Part shown: positions 27,214-40,352 of the stretch, one piece after another
How positions within the stretch are numbered: the first letter of the stretch is position 1
How the letters are laid out: each line of letters opens with the position of its first letter
Virus record (IMG/VR): IMGVR_UViG_3300045988_131075
Span: 29,671-93,670 of that record
Source of the DNA: a virus
Direction: 5' to 3' (one strand)
Length of the DNA: 64,000 bases
Program-made: the position numbers and the translations under genes
The notes under the pieces: generated by a model
What the model saw: only the letters and a program-made list of their open reading frames with translations
What the model was told of the DNA's origin: nothing
Database searches by the model: none

Positions 27214-30200
27214 ATGTCTAAGATACGTTTTCGTCCTGTATAGGGTCCAGAAGAAAAGATAAAAGCATATCCACAAACTGATGGATATTTTTATGTGGCA
27301 ACAGATACCGGACGAGTTTATTTAGATACAGCGACTGAGAATAAAATACCAATAGGTTCAAGTGGCGTTTAGGTAATTTATGGAACTGAAAAAGACGTCG
27401 GAATTGATTATGATGCGGATGAAAACCCAATCGGATATTCAATTCGTTTATCTAATTTATCAAGTTCTAATCCTCATGTAAATGATTTAATTTTAAATAG
27501 CGATGGAGCATTTTATCGTATTAAAGAATTTAAATTAAATGATGATAAAGAAGAAGTCGCAAGTTGTGAAAAATTATTGGCAGGCAGTGGAAGTCAAGAC
27601 CAAGAAGTCAAAGTAAATGGTACTGTTTCTTTAACTTTAGATGGACCTACTGATGTGCTTAATGGTGAATCAGTAAGCGTGACCGCGCTTGTAAAATGTA
27701 GAACAATAAACGGAGAACCAGTTCTTGATTCTGTTGAAGGTACTTTAACTATTAGATAGAAAAAGAGTGATGGTTCTTGGGAAGATATTTATAGTGAAGC
27801 AAAAACTTATTAGCATAATAAACCAATTACTACTGATATTTCTGCTTATTTAAGAAATTCTTCTACACATGAAATTGAGTTTATCGTTAGTAAAAATAGT
27901 GATCCTACTAATAACCATTTTTCTACTACTAAAAAGACTCAATTTGTAACAACTCATGAATTAACTCTTCAATGGCAAGAAAGTAAATTTAATAATGATT
28001 TACCTTTTGATAATGGTCAAATTAATGTTACTTGGTTAATGTCCGATAAAGTAAATAGTGCTATTGAAGTTTATTTTGATAATTATTTAGTTTTAGATAA
28101 AGAATATAGCAGTACTAATACTAGAAATGAAGATAGTATTACTATAACAAAAAATACTGTTATTTTAAATAATAATAATGATTCTACAATGACTTTAACA
28201 AATTATTTCCTTCACGGAGAACATACTATTAAGGCTAAACTTTATTTAGTTAATAGTGGTGAAAAAGGAAATGGTACTGATTTTATTGAGAAAGAAATTG
28301 TTGTTTTAGATAGAAGCAGTAAGACTCCTTTAATTTGGACAGGTGACTTTAAAACAGAATATTATATTTATGAAACTATTAGAATTCCTTTTAGGGTATA
28401 TGATCCTAATGTAACGATCGCGAAAGTTAGTTTATATAAAAATGGTGTTTTATTAAGTACTCGTGAAGTTACTAACTAGAATGAATGGCAATATTGGGAA
28501 ATTACTAATCTTTCTGTTAATGACAGCTCTTATTATACAATTAAAGTAGGAACTGAGCCATATGATTATTCTCGTAATTTTACTTTTATAATTAAAATAG
28601 ACCCATTAAGGAATATGGAATTAGCTAGAAGTAATGATTTAAAAGTTAATTTCGTTGCTACTGGACGTTCTAATTCTGAGAGTAAATTAAGTCGTGAAAC
28701 ATTAGAAATTAATGGTAAATATGCAGAATTTAAAAACTTTAACTGGTATAATAATGGTTGGGTTTTTGATGATAACAATACTACTTGTTTAAGAGTTAGT
28801 AATGGTGCTGAAGTTTCTATTCCTATTGGACAATTGTCTTTTGATAATAGTTCTTCTACTCCTACACATAGTATTGAGATTCAATTTAAAATTAGAAATC
28901 CACAAAATTATTCTAAAGTAATTACCAAATATACTCGTTATAAAGCAAGCGATGAATCTGGAAAGTCTTGGACTGATAGAGATGCTTGGGATGCATTTAA
29001 AGATTAGACTATCTATGTTAATTATGATGAATTTTTAACAAAGAAATATTTACCAGAGCATCCAGAAGCTCCAAGTTATGATGAATTAACCTATAATGGT
29101 TTAGATCAAGATTTTAATTTAAATAATCTTGTTTGCGCTTATGGGTCTTTAAAAAATCCTTTAGGTATCTATTTTAGTCCTCAAGATGCTGTATTTACAG
29201 CTAATGGTGATGAAGAGACTGTTTCGGTTGATTTTGTAGAAGATGAAATGTTATATTTAACATTTGTTTACACAAGTTCTAAACCTAGTCATACTGGCGG
29301 AGATTCTAAATTATTAGAAATTTTCTTAAATGGTGTTTTAACTAGTGTAGCTCGTCGTTCTGATAAATCTAGTAATTCTGCTTGGACAATTGATTCTGAT
29401 GTTATTAAATTTATGTCTAATACTTGTGATATTGATATTTATAGTATTAGAGTTTATGATACTAGTTTAACTATTCCTGATGTGGTTTAGAACTATGCCT
29501 TTGATAAAAAAGATATTAATCAATGGGATTAGAAAGATCTATATGATTATAATACTATTTTAAATGATTATGTATTTTCTTACCGTAAAATGCTTGACTA
29601 TAATACTGAACACACTGATAAACCATTGATGCCTTATATTATTTTAAAAACTACTAAAAATAATAGTGAAAGTACTGATAATAGACTTCCCTACTCCAAG
29701 GACAATGGCGCTCAAAAAGGAACTATGGAATTTGTAAATGTTCCATTAGATACTGCTTATGCTAAGGGCGAACTTGATAAAATAGTTGAAAAAGAAGGTT
29801 GGAAACCTGTAATAGATGATAAAACTAATGAAGTAAAATATACTGCGGTATAGAATTATTATTTACATCATTGCCCTAGTTTTATAACTCTTTTTGATAA
29901 AGCGACATTTTAGGTTTAGGGAACTTCTTCGCGTAATTATCCAAGACGTAATTATAAAGCTAAATGTAAAGAAACGATGTTTATGAATAGAGGACCTTTT
30001 GAATCTATTTATAAAGAAGAAGAGGTTAATAATAACTTAAATACGAAAAGTAAGAGTTATCTTGAATTTTTCTATATGGATAATAATACTGTTGGTACTA
30101 CTAAATTTACTTTAAAGATTGATTTTATGGAATCTTCTGGAGATTATAATAGAGGATTTGCTAATTTAGTTAATGAGACTTATTCTAAACATCCAGTAGA

Positions 30201-33200
30201 AGATTACCAAGACTCTTTTGATAAATATGATTTATATGGAGATATTGATGATTATAGGACTTCTATAAAAGGATATCCCGTTCTAGCATTCCATTGGCCT
30301 TCAACTAACGATAATGAATATAGTGAAAATGATATTATTTATATTGGAAAATATAATATGTTATTAGATAAAGGCTCTGATGAATGTTTTGGATTTAAAC
30401 CCAATAAAAAAGTTTTATAGAATCAAATTGAAGGAACTCCAAGAGTAAGGGATGTTGCTGAATGCTGGGAATTTTAGAATAACTCAAGAACATACTGCTC
30501 TTTCCGTGATCCTTGGAATAGATATAAATTATCTTTTAGACCTCCATTAATGGATGATAATAACTCAGCAGGTTATTTAACTTCTGGCGGAGCTCCAATG
30601 GTTGCTGATTCTTTTGAAGTTAGATATAATTCTAATGATGATTTAATCGGCGATGTGTTGTTTAAATGTACTTCTGCTGAAGCTACTGATGCTGATAAAA
30701 TAATTGAATATGCTGATGGTATAAATAATACCGTTCCTAATAGATTAAAATCAGAAATAATCGTTGATGGAACTACAGGGACTAAACATAAGCAATGGAC
30801 TATTACTAATCCAGGACAAGATCCTGTCATATTTGACATGAAAAATAGAAATACTTCTCGTGAATTACTTCTTGCATTAATGTCAAATTGGGAAGATGCC
30901 GTAAGTTGGGTTTGGAGTACTTGCTTAGATTGTAGTATTGATTTTGATGGAATTTTATATGAAATTCCTTCAATGGGTAAATATGAAAAAATAGATTTGG
31001 CAGAAGCTAAATATGAACCAAATAAATATTACTTATTTGATAAAGTTGATGAAAGTGGTAGTGAAACTTATAAAATTGCTACGAAAGAATTTGATTCAGA
31101 AGAAAAATATTATATCTATAATAAAGATACCAAAATTTATAGTATAATTAAATTAACTGATGATGATAGTAAAGTTTATTAGATAAATAAATATTATATT
31201 TTATAGGATTAGGATAATAAAATTTATATTCTAGATTCTGAAAAATATAATCCTTATACTACTTATTATTCTTTTATTGAAGATGAAAGTCAAATTGATG
31301 ATAGATGGATATTACCTAAACCAGTAACTTATAACTCAGTTACTTATACAAAAGATAGTAAGGAATATCGTCAAGCTAAATTTAAAAATGAGTTAAGCAA
31401 TTATTTTAATATTGAATATTTAGCTACTTATTTTTTAATGACTGAGATTTTTGAATGTTATGACTCTCGTGGTAAAAATGCAATGTTTGCTTCTTGGGGT
31501 CCTCAAAAAGGAAATATTGAAAAAACCACTGGAATTCAACACTATATTTGGTATCCTATTTTTTATGATATTGATACACAATTGGGTATTAATAATACTG
31601 GTATTCCATCATTTGAGTATTATGTTGATGCGACTGAAGATGGTAGTTATTCTACTAATGATAGCGTATTATGGAATAATTTCTATACTTTTTTCAAGAG
31701 TAAAATTGTTGATAAATATAAACAATTAATGGGTAAGCCAAATGGTTCTTATGATTAGAGCCAAGTAAAACAAATTTTCAAAAAAGAATCTGGAACTTCC
31801 TCTAAAAAGAGTGATGTTGTTGACAAATGGTATAAAACAGATCCTTCTTTATTCCCAGGTAGCTATGCTGTATAGGGAGAACGTCCTATTATTGCTTTAA
31901 ATTTAGATGAAGAATATAAATATATTATTCCAACTAATTCTGCGGCTAAAGATACTATTTTTGGTCGTATTACTAATGGCGGCCAATATGAGATAGAAAG
32001 TGACCAATATTTCTATGCTTTATAGGGCGACCGCAATCTCTATCGTTCACAATTTTTAACTAATCGTCTTAATTATATTGACTCTTGGTTGACAGTTGAT
32101 GAATATTCTGGAGATAGTGGTAGTAATAATATTATAAGTCGTATTTCTGCTAATAATCCAAATACTACTTCTGATGAATGGATTGAAGGAACTAATAATC
32201 AAGGCTTAACTAATTTAATAACTAATTCTCAATATTGGAAAAATGGTACTGAATTTGGTACTAAAAATCATATGTTTGATGGTGAGTATTGGATTAAGAT
32301 GGAACCCGCGCGTCGTTCTTATGTTACTGTTGGAACTGATGGAGCAAACTTCCCATCTTAGAAATATGATGGTTTAACTCCTGTTAGATTTACCGCCCCA
32401 GATCTAAAGAAAGGTATTATGTCAAGTGGTAATTATCGTGAACAATTATATTATATTTATGGCTTAGAATAGATGAAATCTCTTGGAGATTTAAGTAAAT
32501 TATATTTCCAAGAATTATTTATTAGAGGTAAGGCTAATAAATTAGTAGATTTGTTATTAGGATATGATGGTCTTTCTGAAGAAGGAAAAAAATATAAAAA
32601 TAATGACGTAAATAATTGGAGTTATCCTAGTGAGGGTATGCCTTTATTGAAAGAAATGAATCTTTGTAATATTAGATTTTTAAATCCAGTAGCTTTAGAT
32701 TTAACTAAAAGCGAAAAATTAGAAAACTTTAGAAATACTGGTTCTAATGTTACTAAAGTGTAGTTTGCAGAAGGTGTCGCGTTAAATACTTTGTATTTAA
32801 CTGATTATACAAATTATTTAAGTTTAATAGAAGCAAATCTTTTAACTAAGTTAGTTACTAAATATGTATATCCTACAGTTAATCCTATCACTAATCGTCT
32901 TGAAGTCGCAGAAGAAAATAAAGGATTGTATATTAAGAATTTAACTGATGCTGAAGATAATGCAATTACAACAAGTATAAAAACTTTTGATATCCGTGGT
33001 GGTAATCTAGATTATTATTCTTACGAATTATTAAGACGTTATTATCTTGGGTGTGAAAAGAGTAATTTAATTGGATGCGAAGTTAATTTAACTAATGTTC
33101 AATGGAGTCCTTATAGATTATTAAATGATGATAAAACAAAGTTAGATAGTGTTAATATTGAATATTATAAAGATAATGGACATTTCCAATTAGAAAAAAT

Positions 33201-34917
33201 TAACACGGAAGATATAAGTAAAATTACTCCAAGTGAAATAAAAAATAATTTAATTTATTATTATGATAATAGTGTAAATGGATATAATGATATTCACAAT
33301 AAAATTATTGATTATACTTTATTACGTAGTTTATATGATAAAGCTCCTGTTTATTTCAAAGGCATTAATTAGACTTATCCTAATATAACTGGCATTATTT
33401 ATATTGAAAATACCCAAGAGATAGAAGAACACATAATTCAAGAAGAGCTATAGAGTATTTATCCTAATTTAACTATTTTTGTAAAAAATGTTAAGAAAGA
33501 GTATTCTGCTAAGTTTGTCCTTGAGCAAGAAGACGCGAATGGAGTATTAACTCAAGAAATTTTAAAGACTTAGAAGTTACCTTTATCAAGCTCTAAGTTT
33601 TTTGATAATCCTACAGATTCTTCAAGTGAAACTTATATTTCTTTTGGTAGTTTACAAGAAAAAATGCCAACCTATAATTTTAAAGGTTGGGAAGACGATA
33701 CTGGTGAATTAGTAATTACAGTTGGAAAAGATGTGAATGAAAAAGATACTATTTTAAAAGATAATTGGGGTTCTTTATCCTTACAATCTAATAAAATAGA
33801 TTATATCTTTAAAGCGAGATTTGAGCGTAAATCTTATACAATTACTTTTGTTAATGGCGACCGCGTCGTCAATGATTCGACCGTAAAGAAAGTGTTTAAT
33901 TATGGTGAAAGAATTACTGTTCCAGATGAATTTTATTATTTTAATAACACAGAAGTGACAGATTTGCCAGATGGGGAGGATCCTTTAGAATGGACTTGGA
34001 GACAGACTGGATGGGCCGATAAAGATGGAGTTAAAATTGATTTAACAAGATAGTTAGCTTATGCCGATCGCGAATTTTATGCTGTTGGAGAACCAGTTAG
34101 TGTTTATGATAATATCTTAGTTAATGATTCCACTCATAAATATTATGATATTATAAATTCTGACGGAGAGTTATCATTTGTAATGACTGATTTAGCTAAG
34201 AATTTAAAAGGTAAAATCACTTTACCTACAACCTATAATGGTTAGCCAATTACAAGAATTAGATACAGTCAAGTTAATCCATCCGCAGCAGTGGGCATTC
34301 AAGTAAATCCTAATATTACAGCAATATTTTTTGCTCCAAAAGATAGTAATAAAATTTCTGTGATAGATGATTATGCTTTTACTTTAGATAGCGGATTGGA
34401 ATATTTTTAGTTCAGTGATTGTTTAAAGAAAATTGGCATTAAGGCATTTTATCAATGTCCTTTAAGTCGTAATAATATAATTCCTTATTCTTCTTCTACG
34501 GAAGGTTTAACTTTTGGAGCTCAAGCATTCTATCAAAGTAAGATGGGGTCTTATTCTCCTTATAATTTAATTATAGAGGGATGTACAGATGGTATTCTTA
34601 ACTTTGATGTAAATGCGTTCTCTGGCTAGACGATTTTAAATATGTCTGGTAATTAGTTTAAGGGCTATACTGGTGCTATCCAAGTATAGATTGGCACTAA
34701 TAAACATCCAATTAAATAGATTACAGCAGATAGTTCTGGTAATATTTTTACTCCTCGTCAAACAGGTATGCCTACTGTCGCTAATGGATATACAGGTCGT
34801 TTTAGATATTATTATGTTGCTAGTTATGGTGAAAGTGTTAAGAATACTTTACACAAAATTTATGAAGCAATGATATCTAATAGAGCAAACTTTGAAGAAG
34901 AGCCTATTGTAAAGTGA
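27214..34917 (+). CDS. Giant tail fibre or adhesin-like protein, about 2567 aa, with about 40 TAG codons and a concanavalin/LamG-like segment.
   Basis: ATG 27214 (RBS AAAGGAG) is in frame with 15 track ORFs from 27577 to 33664. Every gap was checked and contains only TAG. The stop is TGA at 34915-34917. Confidence 0.55.
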
Positions 34918-34926
34918 GGATAAAAT

Positions 34927-35127
34927 ATGGAAAAAGAAATTGTTTATAGATATATGGGTTCTAATGGCATTATTGAATCTTCTATATAGTTAGCAGGAGT
35001 GCCCGCGACTAAATTATATAGATTAATAGCGGATTATAATAAAAAATTAACGAGAGATGGAAAAGAATTCTTTTCCATCTCTCCTTTAGTTCCCGAAGAT
35101 GAATTAGAAGAATGGTATGAGGTCTAA
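34927..35127 (+). CDS. Small protein, 66 aa, with one TAG.
   Basis: ATG after a GAGG motif. Stop is TAA. Confidence 0.4.
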
Positions 35128-35161
35128 ATAGGCCAGAATACATTGATTTAAATATAAAAAA

Positions 35162-35207
35162 AATTAGGTTAAATAGGAAAAGAAACTATTTAACCTAATT
35201 TTTTTAG
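35162..35207 (+). terminator. Rho-independent terminator.
   Basis: The aattaggttaaatag / ctatttaacctaatt stem is followed by a T7 run. Confidence 0.6.
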
Positions 35208-35223
35208 AAAGGAAGAGATAGAT

Positions 35224-36906
35224 TTGATAGTTAAAAATGATAGTGTTATCGAACAAGCTAAATGGGAAGAGCTTCAAAAGAAAATCAATACTTTAGCTAA
35301 AGATAACTCAATAAAAAACGTTAATGGAAAAATCGTTGAAATAAAATCTATTGAAGACTATTATAGTAATATCACTGGTATCGTTCAAATGAAGAAATTA
35401 GATCCATCTGTTCTTCGTATACCTTTAGATGAACCTATTATAAATATAAACGCTGATACTCGTCAAATTGAATTAACTAAAGAATTTGGAAAAACACAAT
35501 TACTTACTGTTGAAAATGATCATTTGGCAGAAACAATTTATTTTCAAATTGATAGATATTTTGATTTACAAGATTTAGCGGCTGATGATATTAAAATTTA
35601 TATTCAGTATTATTTAAACGATCAAGTTCAAGGTTATTCTGAAGCTATTTGTCCTGATATCGGGACTGCTGGAAAACTGATTTTTGGATGGCAAATTAGT
35701 GATGAAGTGACTAGTGAATCTGGTACTTTATAGTTTTCTATTATTTTCTTTAAAAAGAATCCAAAAGATAATAATAATTTAATGTATGTATTTAATACAT
35801 TACCAGCGCAAATGGTTATTAATAAAACTTTAGATATTGACGAAGATTTAATTACCGCTTAGCCTGTTGATTATTTAACTGGTTATCTAGAAAGCCTAAT
35901 TGATTCAAAGAAATCTGCTGGTTTTGGTGTTCCTGATAATGTTGCTTTCTTGACAAGTATTTTAAATAATAAATCTGTTTATTTAACAGGTGATAAATTA
36001 TATGCTTTAGCCTATAATGATACTTTAAATAATCCAGATAATACTACAATTGAATATAAATGGATTTGTAATTATAGAGGAACTAATACTGAATTAAAAA
36101 GTGGTATTGGTTATGAATATAAAAAAATTATTGAAGATAATAGTATTTTTAGTGGAGATATGGTTTATAATGAAAAATTAACTTATTTCACTAAAAATGG
36201 AGATTCTTATATTAATAGCAGTAGTGATATTAATCTTGAAAACTACACTGCTAAGAAAAATGATCTCTATTTAAAAGTTCAATATTGTGAAGTTGATGGA
36301 TGCGGAAGCTATAGTGTCACCGCGTTTGGCGCTACTGCTAATCAAGTAAGCAAAGAAGTTAAATGGACTGGATTGGCTATTTCTGTTGAAGGAATTAGTG
36401 AAAATTTTAGAATTGTTCTTGATCCTTCTCCTGATAATGGATGCTATTATGGTTCTTCTAACACTATTACTGCTGTTGGATAGAATGATGAAGGTGTTTA
36501 GTGTACTTATCTTTGGAAAAAAAATGGCTCTGATTTTAGTACTGAAAAAACTGTAACCTTAACTAAAGAAGATAATTATACTTTGTCAGTTCATGGCTAT
36601 AAAAATAAAGATAGTATAGATTATCCTACAATTAGTTTCACTAATTATTTTGATCCAACTAATTTAGTTCCTGTCATTGATAAAAAAGTTAAAATTGAGA
36701 ATGGAAAATATATTGTTACAGTTACTAACACTAGTGAATTAGGCAATGGTATTTATGAATATCAATGGAAAAATGCGTAGGGTGCTACTTTAAAGACAAC
36801 TTCTGATAATTCAACAGAAGTAGATGAAAATATTACTCAAGGAGCTGTAATTATCCAGAAGGGTGAAAGAAAATCGCAACCAGGAACCTTTAAGATTGAG
36901 GGGTAA
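35224..36906 (+). CDS. Baseplate or fibre protein, about 560 aa, with 5 TAG codons.
   Basis: TTG start after GAAAGGAAGAG. Track ORFs 35224, 35950 and 36583 are in frame. Stop is TAA. Confidence 0.5.
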
Positions 36907-36911
36907 GATAA

Positions 36912-37532
36912 ATGATAACTAATCCAACTGATTATTATAGTGTTTTACATCAAATACAAGATGAAAATTTTCCAGTTAAATATCCTGCTCTTCCAGCCCC
37001 AGAAGATGAGAAGTTGGTTTAGATAGATTTAAACTCAAGAATTATTAGTAATGAAAATAGTTATATTACAGTTGAAGGTGATCATGCTGCTGAAATTATT
37101 TATTTTGAAATAAATAGATATTTTGATACTATGGATTTAACCAATATGATGTGTATTATTTAGTATATTAATGCTGATAATGAAAAACGCATTTATCCAG
37201 TCCCATATTATGATACTTTAACTCATAAAGATAAAATTATTTTTCCTTGGGTTTTAAATTATAGTGCTACTAAAAAATCTGGCACTTTAAATTATATGAT
37301 AACTTTTTATAAAATAGAAAAAGATTCTAATAATTTATTATATAATTTAAACACATTACCAGCAAGTCTTTAGGTTTATTCTAAACTTAATTTAGATTCT
37401 ATTGTAAAAGAAGAAGATTATTATATAATTGATGATAGCCAAGTAGTACAACAAATTTGGGAGCGTTTAGCACGTTTAGAAGGATTTGTTGGTGGTAATG
37501 GGTTGGATGTTTATTGGATTGTTCTCGAATAA
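36912..37532 (+). CDS. Protein paralogous to the N-terminal domain of the upstream gene, 206 aa, with 3 TAG codons.
   Basis: The motifs DHAAEIIYFEINRYFD and NNLLYNLNTLPA mirror DHLAETIYFQIDRYFD and NNLMYVFNTLPA in the 35224 gene. Confidence 0.5.
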
Positions 37533-37605
37533 ATAAACCAAATGGTATAGAATTATTAATTTAATTCTATACCATTAATTTATAGAAAGGAGTTATTGAA
37601 GATCG

Positions 37606-38634
37606 ATGGCTCTATTTAAAATTTTAAAAGGTGATTCAAATAGATTAGTCACCTATGATGCGAAAACGGTTAATGGGAAAATACCTTTTCCCGCCTTAGA
37701 TTCTGGAAAAACTTTATTCACCCCAGTAGAAGATGCTACTCCTATTAAAGAAGGATACGCTTATTTTACAGAAGATACTCATAAATTTTATATTGATACT
37801 GTAGATAAAAGATTAAATTTATATACCGATCATGCAGATTATGCTACTTATGATGAAAATGGTCGTAATTTAGCCGAATTGTCAGAAGTATCTTATGAAA
37901 ATATTGATGATAATGGAAGTAAAATTGGTACGATAAATATTAATGGAATTGAGTATAATGTTACTTGTCCTGCGGATGTAGCAAGTAAACCTGTAAATAA
38001 ATATGTGTTTACCGCGAAAGCAAATTAGAATACATTTACTATTCCTTTTGATTTTGATGATAGTAGTGCTTTAACTTTATATTATAATGGTATCATGCTA
38101 AAAGAAAATGATCATTACACTGTTAAGGGAAAAGTTATTACTTTAAATGGGTGGACTAGTGAAGCTGATGATTATCTTACTGTAATGGGTATTGAGGGTG
38201 CGGCTGCGATTAATGTTGATGAAAAAGTGGCTTAGATTCAAGAAGCAGTAGATAACGCCGAAGTGACTATTAATAATAAAGTTACTGATGCTATTAAATC
38301 TATTGATGATAAACTAGCAACCGTTCCTGATGATGTAACACAAGCAGTTTATAAAAATAAATCCAACATAATGACCGCGGATGGTAGAATTACTATGGAT
38401 AATAATTATGTTCCTACTGCTGATATGGAATTAGCTACTAAAAAATACGTTGATAATGCCACTCCTCCTACAGTTGGAACTACCACTGATTATTCTATTT
38501 ATATTGGATCTACTAAACCTGCTTCTGGAACTGCTCCTTTAGTGTGGATAGATACAACTGCTAAAACTGGCACTTTTAAATATAGAACTTCTACCACAGG
38601 TACTTGGACACCTGTCCCCGTGGCTTGGATTTGA
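37606..38634 (+). CDS. Tail fibre protein, 342 aa, with 2 TAG codons.
   Basis: The C-terminal ADMELATKKYVDN motif is typical of phage fibre proteins. Track ORFs 37606 and 38263 are in frame. Confidence 0.5.
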
Positions 38635-38668
38635 TATAAATTTATTGTAAGAAAAAGGAGATAATATT

Positions 38669-39079
38669 ATGGATCAAAATTTAATTAATCAATTGTTTCA
38701 AGTGTGTTTGATTCCTATGCTTGGTGCTTTAACCACTTTTATAGTTATTTGGATTAAAGCAAAAAGTGCAGAATTACAAAAGAAAACTAATAATGATATT
38801 TTAAATAAATATGTGCAAATGGCTACTGACACAATTACTAATTGTGTTATTGCCACCAATCAAACTTATGTAAATTCTCTTAAAGAACAAGGTAAGTTTG
38901 ATGAAGCTGCTCAAAAAGAAGCATTTTAGAGAACTTATCAAGCAGTATTGCTCATTTTAAGTGATGATGCTAAAGAGTATTTGAATAATGCTTTTGGTGA
39001 TTTAAATAAATATTTACAAGAGAAGATTGAGTCTACAGTAAATAATTATCGTACTCCAAGTAATGATTTAAAGCAATAA
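38669..39079 (+). CDS. Holin of the LL-H family, 136 aa, with one TAG.
   Basis: It has one N-terminal transmembrane segment followed by an amphipathic tail. The stretch ...KYVQMATDTITNCVIATNQTYVNSLKEQGKFDEAAQKEAF resembles LL-H holins. It is the last gene of the + strand operon. Confidence 0.5.
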
Positions 39080-39081
39080 AA

Positions 39082-39128
39082 ATAAGGGAGACATTCTTAA
39101 TTGAATGTCTCCCTTATTTTTTTTATCT
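39082..39128. terminator. Bidirectional intrinsic terminator between the converging + and - modules.
   Basis: The aataagggagacattc / gaatgtctcccttatt stem is flanked by A and T runs. Confidence 0.6.
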
Positions 39129-39839
39129 AAATGGATTTTTCCATCGTCGATTAATTTCTTCATAGCCTTTTTTAGGAAAGTATAAAACTTCACCATTTTT
39201 AAAAGTTAAATTATCTTTATTCATTATTTTAATTTGATTTAAATTAATAATTAAACTTGGCGGAATAAAGACAAAATCTGGATGATAAACTAAAGTTCCT
39301 ATATAATTTTCAAAAGAAGTTTTTAAAGTTTTACTATTTAGAATTTCGTTCTCTAAATGACAACACAAATTTCGTTTTTGAATATCAGCATATAATACTT
39401 TACCCAAATCAATTTTTACTTCTCCGTTAGGAGTGTCTAAATATTTATATTCACGTCTTTTTTCTTCTCTAACTTCATGTAAAATAGAAAAAATTTTTTC
39501 TTTATTAACAGGTTTTTTGACGAAGTTAAATGCCTTTACTTCATAAGAAGCTACTCCATAATTTATTTGAGAGGAAACAAAAATTATTTTTCCAATATAC
39601 CCATTTGTTCTTAAGAGATGAGCTATTTCAATACCATCCATTTTTTTGAATGTAATCCCTAAAAAGATTGCATCATAATCAATATTAGAATCAATTAATT
39701 TTCCAGGATCAGTAAATTTATATACATATCCCGGCAAATTAAATTCTTTAAAATACTGATTTATTATTTCTTCCAATGAGTCATTTTGCTAATCGCTATT
39801 GTCGCAAACACCTACGATAAAAATTTTAATCACCTTCAT
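39123..39839 (-). CDS. Atypical LytTR-family response regulator, about 238 aa, with one in-frame TAG at 39789-39791. The phospho-acceptor Asp appears to be replaced by Gly.
   Basis: A receiver-like N-terminal half (MKVIKIFIVGVCDNSD...) is followed by a C-terminal LytTR DNA-binding domain. The receiver shows YDAIFLGITF where llDi is expected. Confidence 0.55.
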
Positions 39840-40082
39840 TTTGTTTATTTTAGAAAAAATTTTTCTATCTTTATATTCTTTCTATATTATAATTATACAA
39901 AAATTTTTAAATATTGTAAAATAAAAAATTATAAAGTGTCAAATTTATTTAATTTTAAGTAAGTGAAATTTTTATCCAAAAAGTGTTAGTAATTATAATA
40001 TATTTATACAAAATAAAAGTCATATAATAATGAAAGGAAAAGATAAAACCTTTCATTATTATATTTCTCCGGAGGTAATAAC
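39840..40082. promoter_or_regulatory. Divergent AT-rich control region.
   Basis: TATAAT hexamers lie at 39994-39999 and 40023-40028. AAGTG direct repeats start at 39934, 39961 and 39981. A 16-bp perfect inverted repeat at 40022-40037 and 40049-40064, with an 11-bp spacer, overlaps the second -10 hexamer. Confidence 0.4.
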
Positions 40083-40352
40083 ATGAATACTTATGGTTAT
40101 CCATAGCAGTAGTATCCAATAGGTAATAATAGACCTATTTATGGAACAACTGCTACACCTGTGATTCAAAACAATACTACATAGCGAATTAGACCCGTTG
40201 CTTCTTTAGAAGAGGTTCGAGCTATGAATATAGATTTTGATGGTTCAGTTTTTTATTTTCCTGACTATGCTAATCGTAGAATTTATACAAAACAAATAAA
40301 TATGGATGGAACAGCTTCTATTAATATATCCTACTTCAACAATTTATATTAA
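40083..40352 (+). CDS. Small Pro/Gln/Asn-rich protein of 89 aa with 4 TAG codons. It may be the N-terminal part of the following metallopeptidase.
   Basis: RBS GGAGG precedes the ATG. It ends at TAA and overlaps the next ORF in the +1 frame. Confidence 0.35.

Noticed and set aside
1-39080. At first glance the structural region looked like a degraded or pseudogenised genome, because a standard-code ORF track shows only short fragments.
   Set aside because: Every interruption within long single-frame stretches is TAG. TAA and TGA appear only at plausible gene ends, preceded by RBS-start pairs and followed by terminators. This is recoding, not decay.
39840-40082. The AT-rich 240-bp gap and other intergenic regions were checked as possible locations of a tRNA, including the expected suppressor, or a CRISPR array.
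   Set aside because: No cloverleaf-compatible sequence (GTTCRANYC T-arm with acceptor pairing) and no repeat-spacer periodicity was seen. The gaps are promoters and terminators. This was a manual scan only, so tRNAscan or ARAGORN should still be run.
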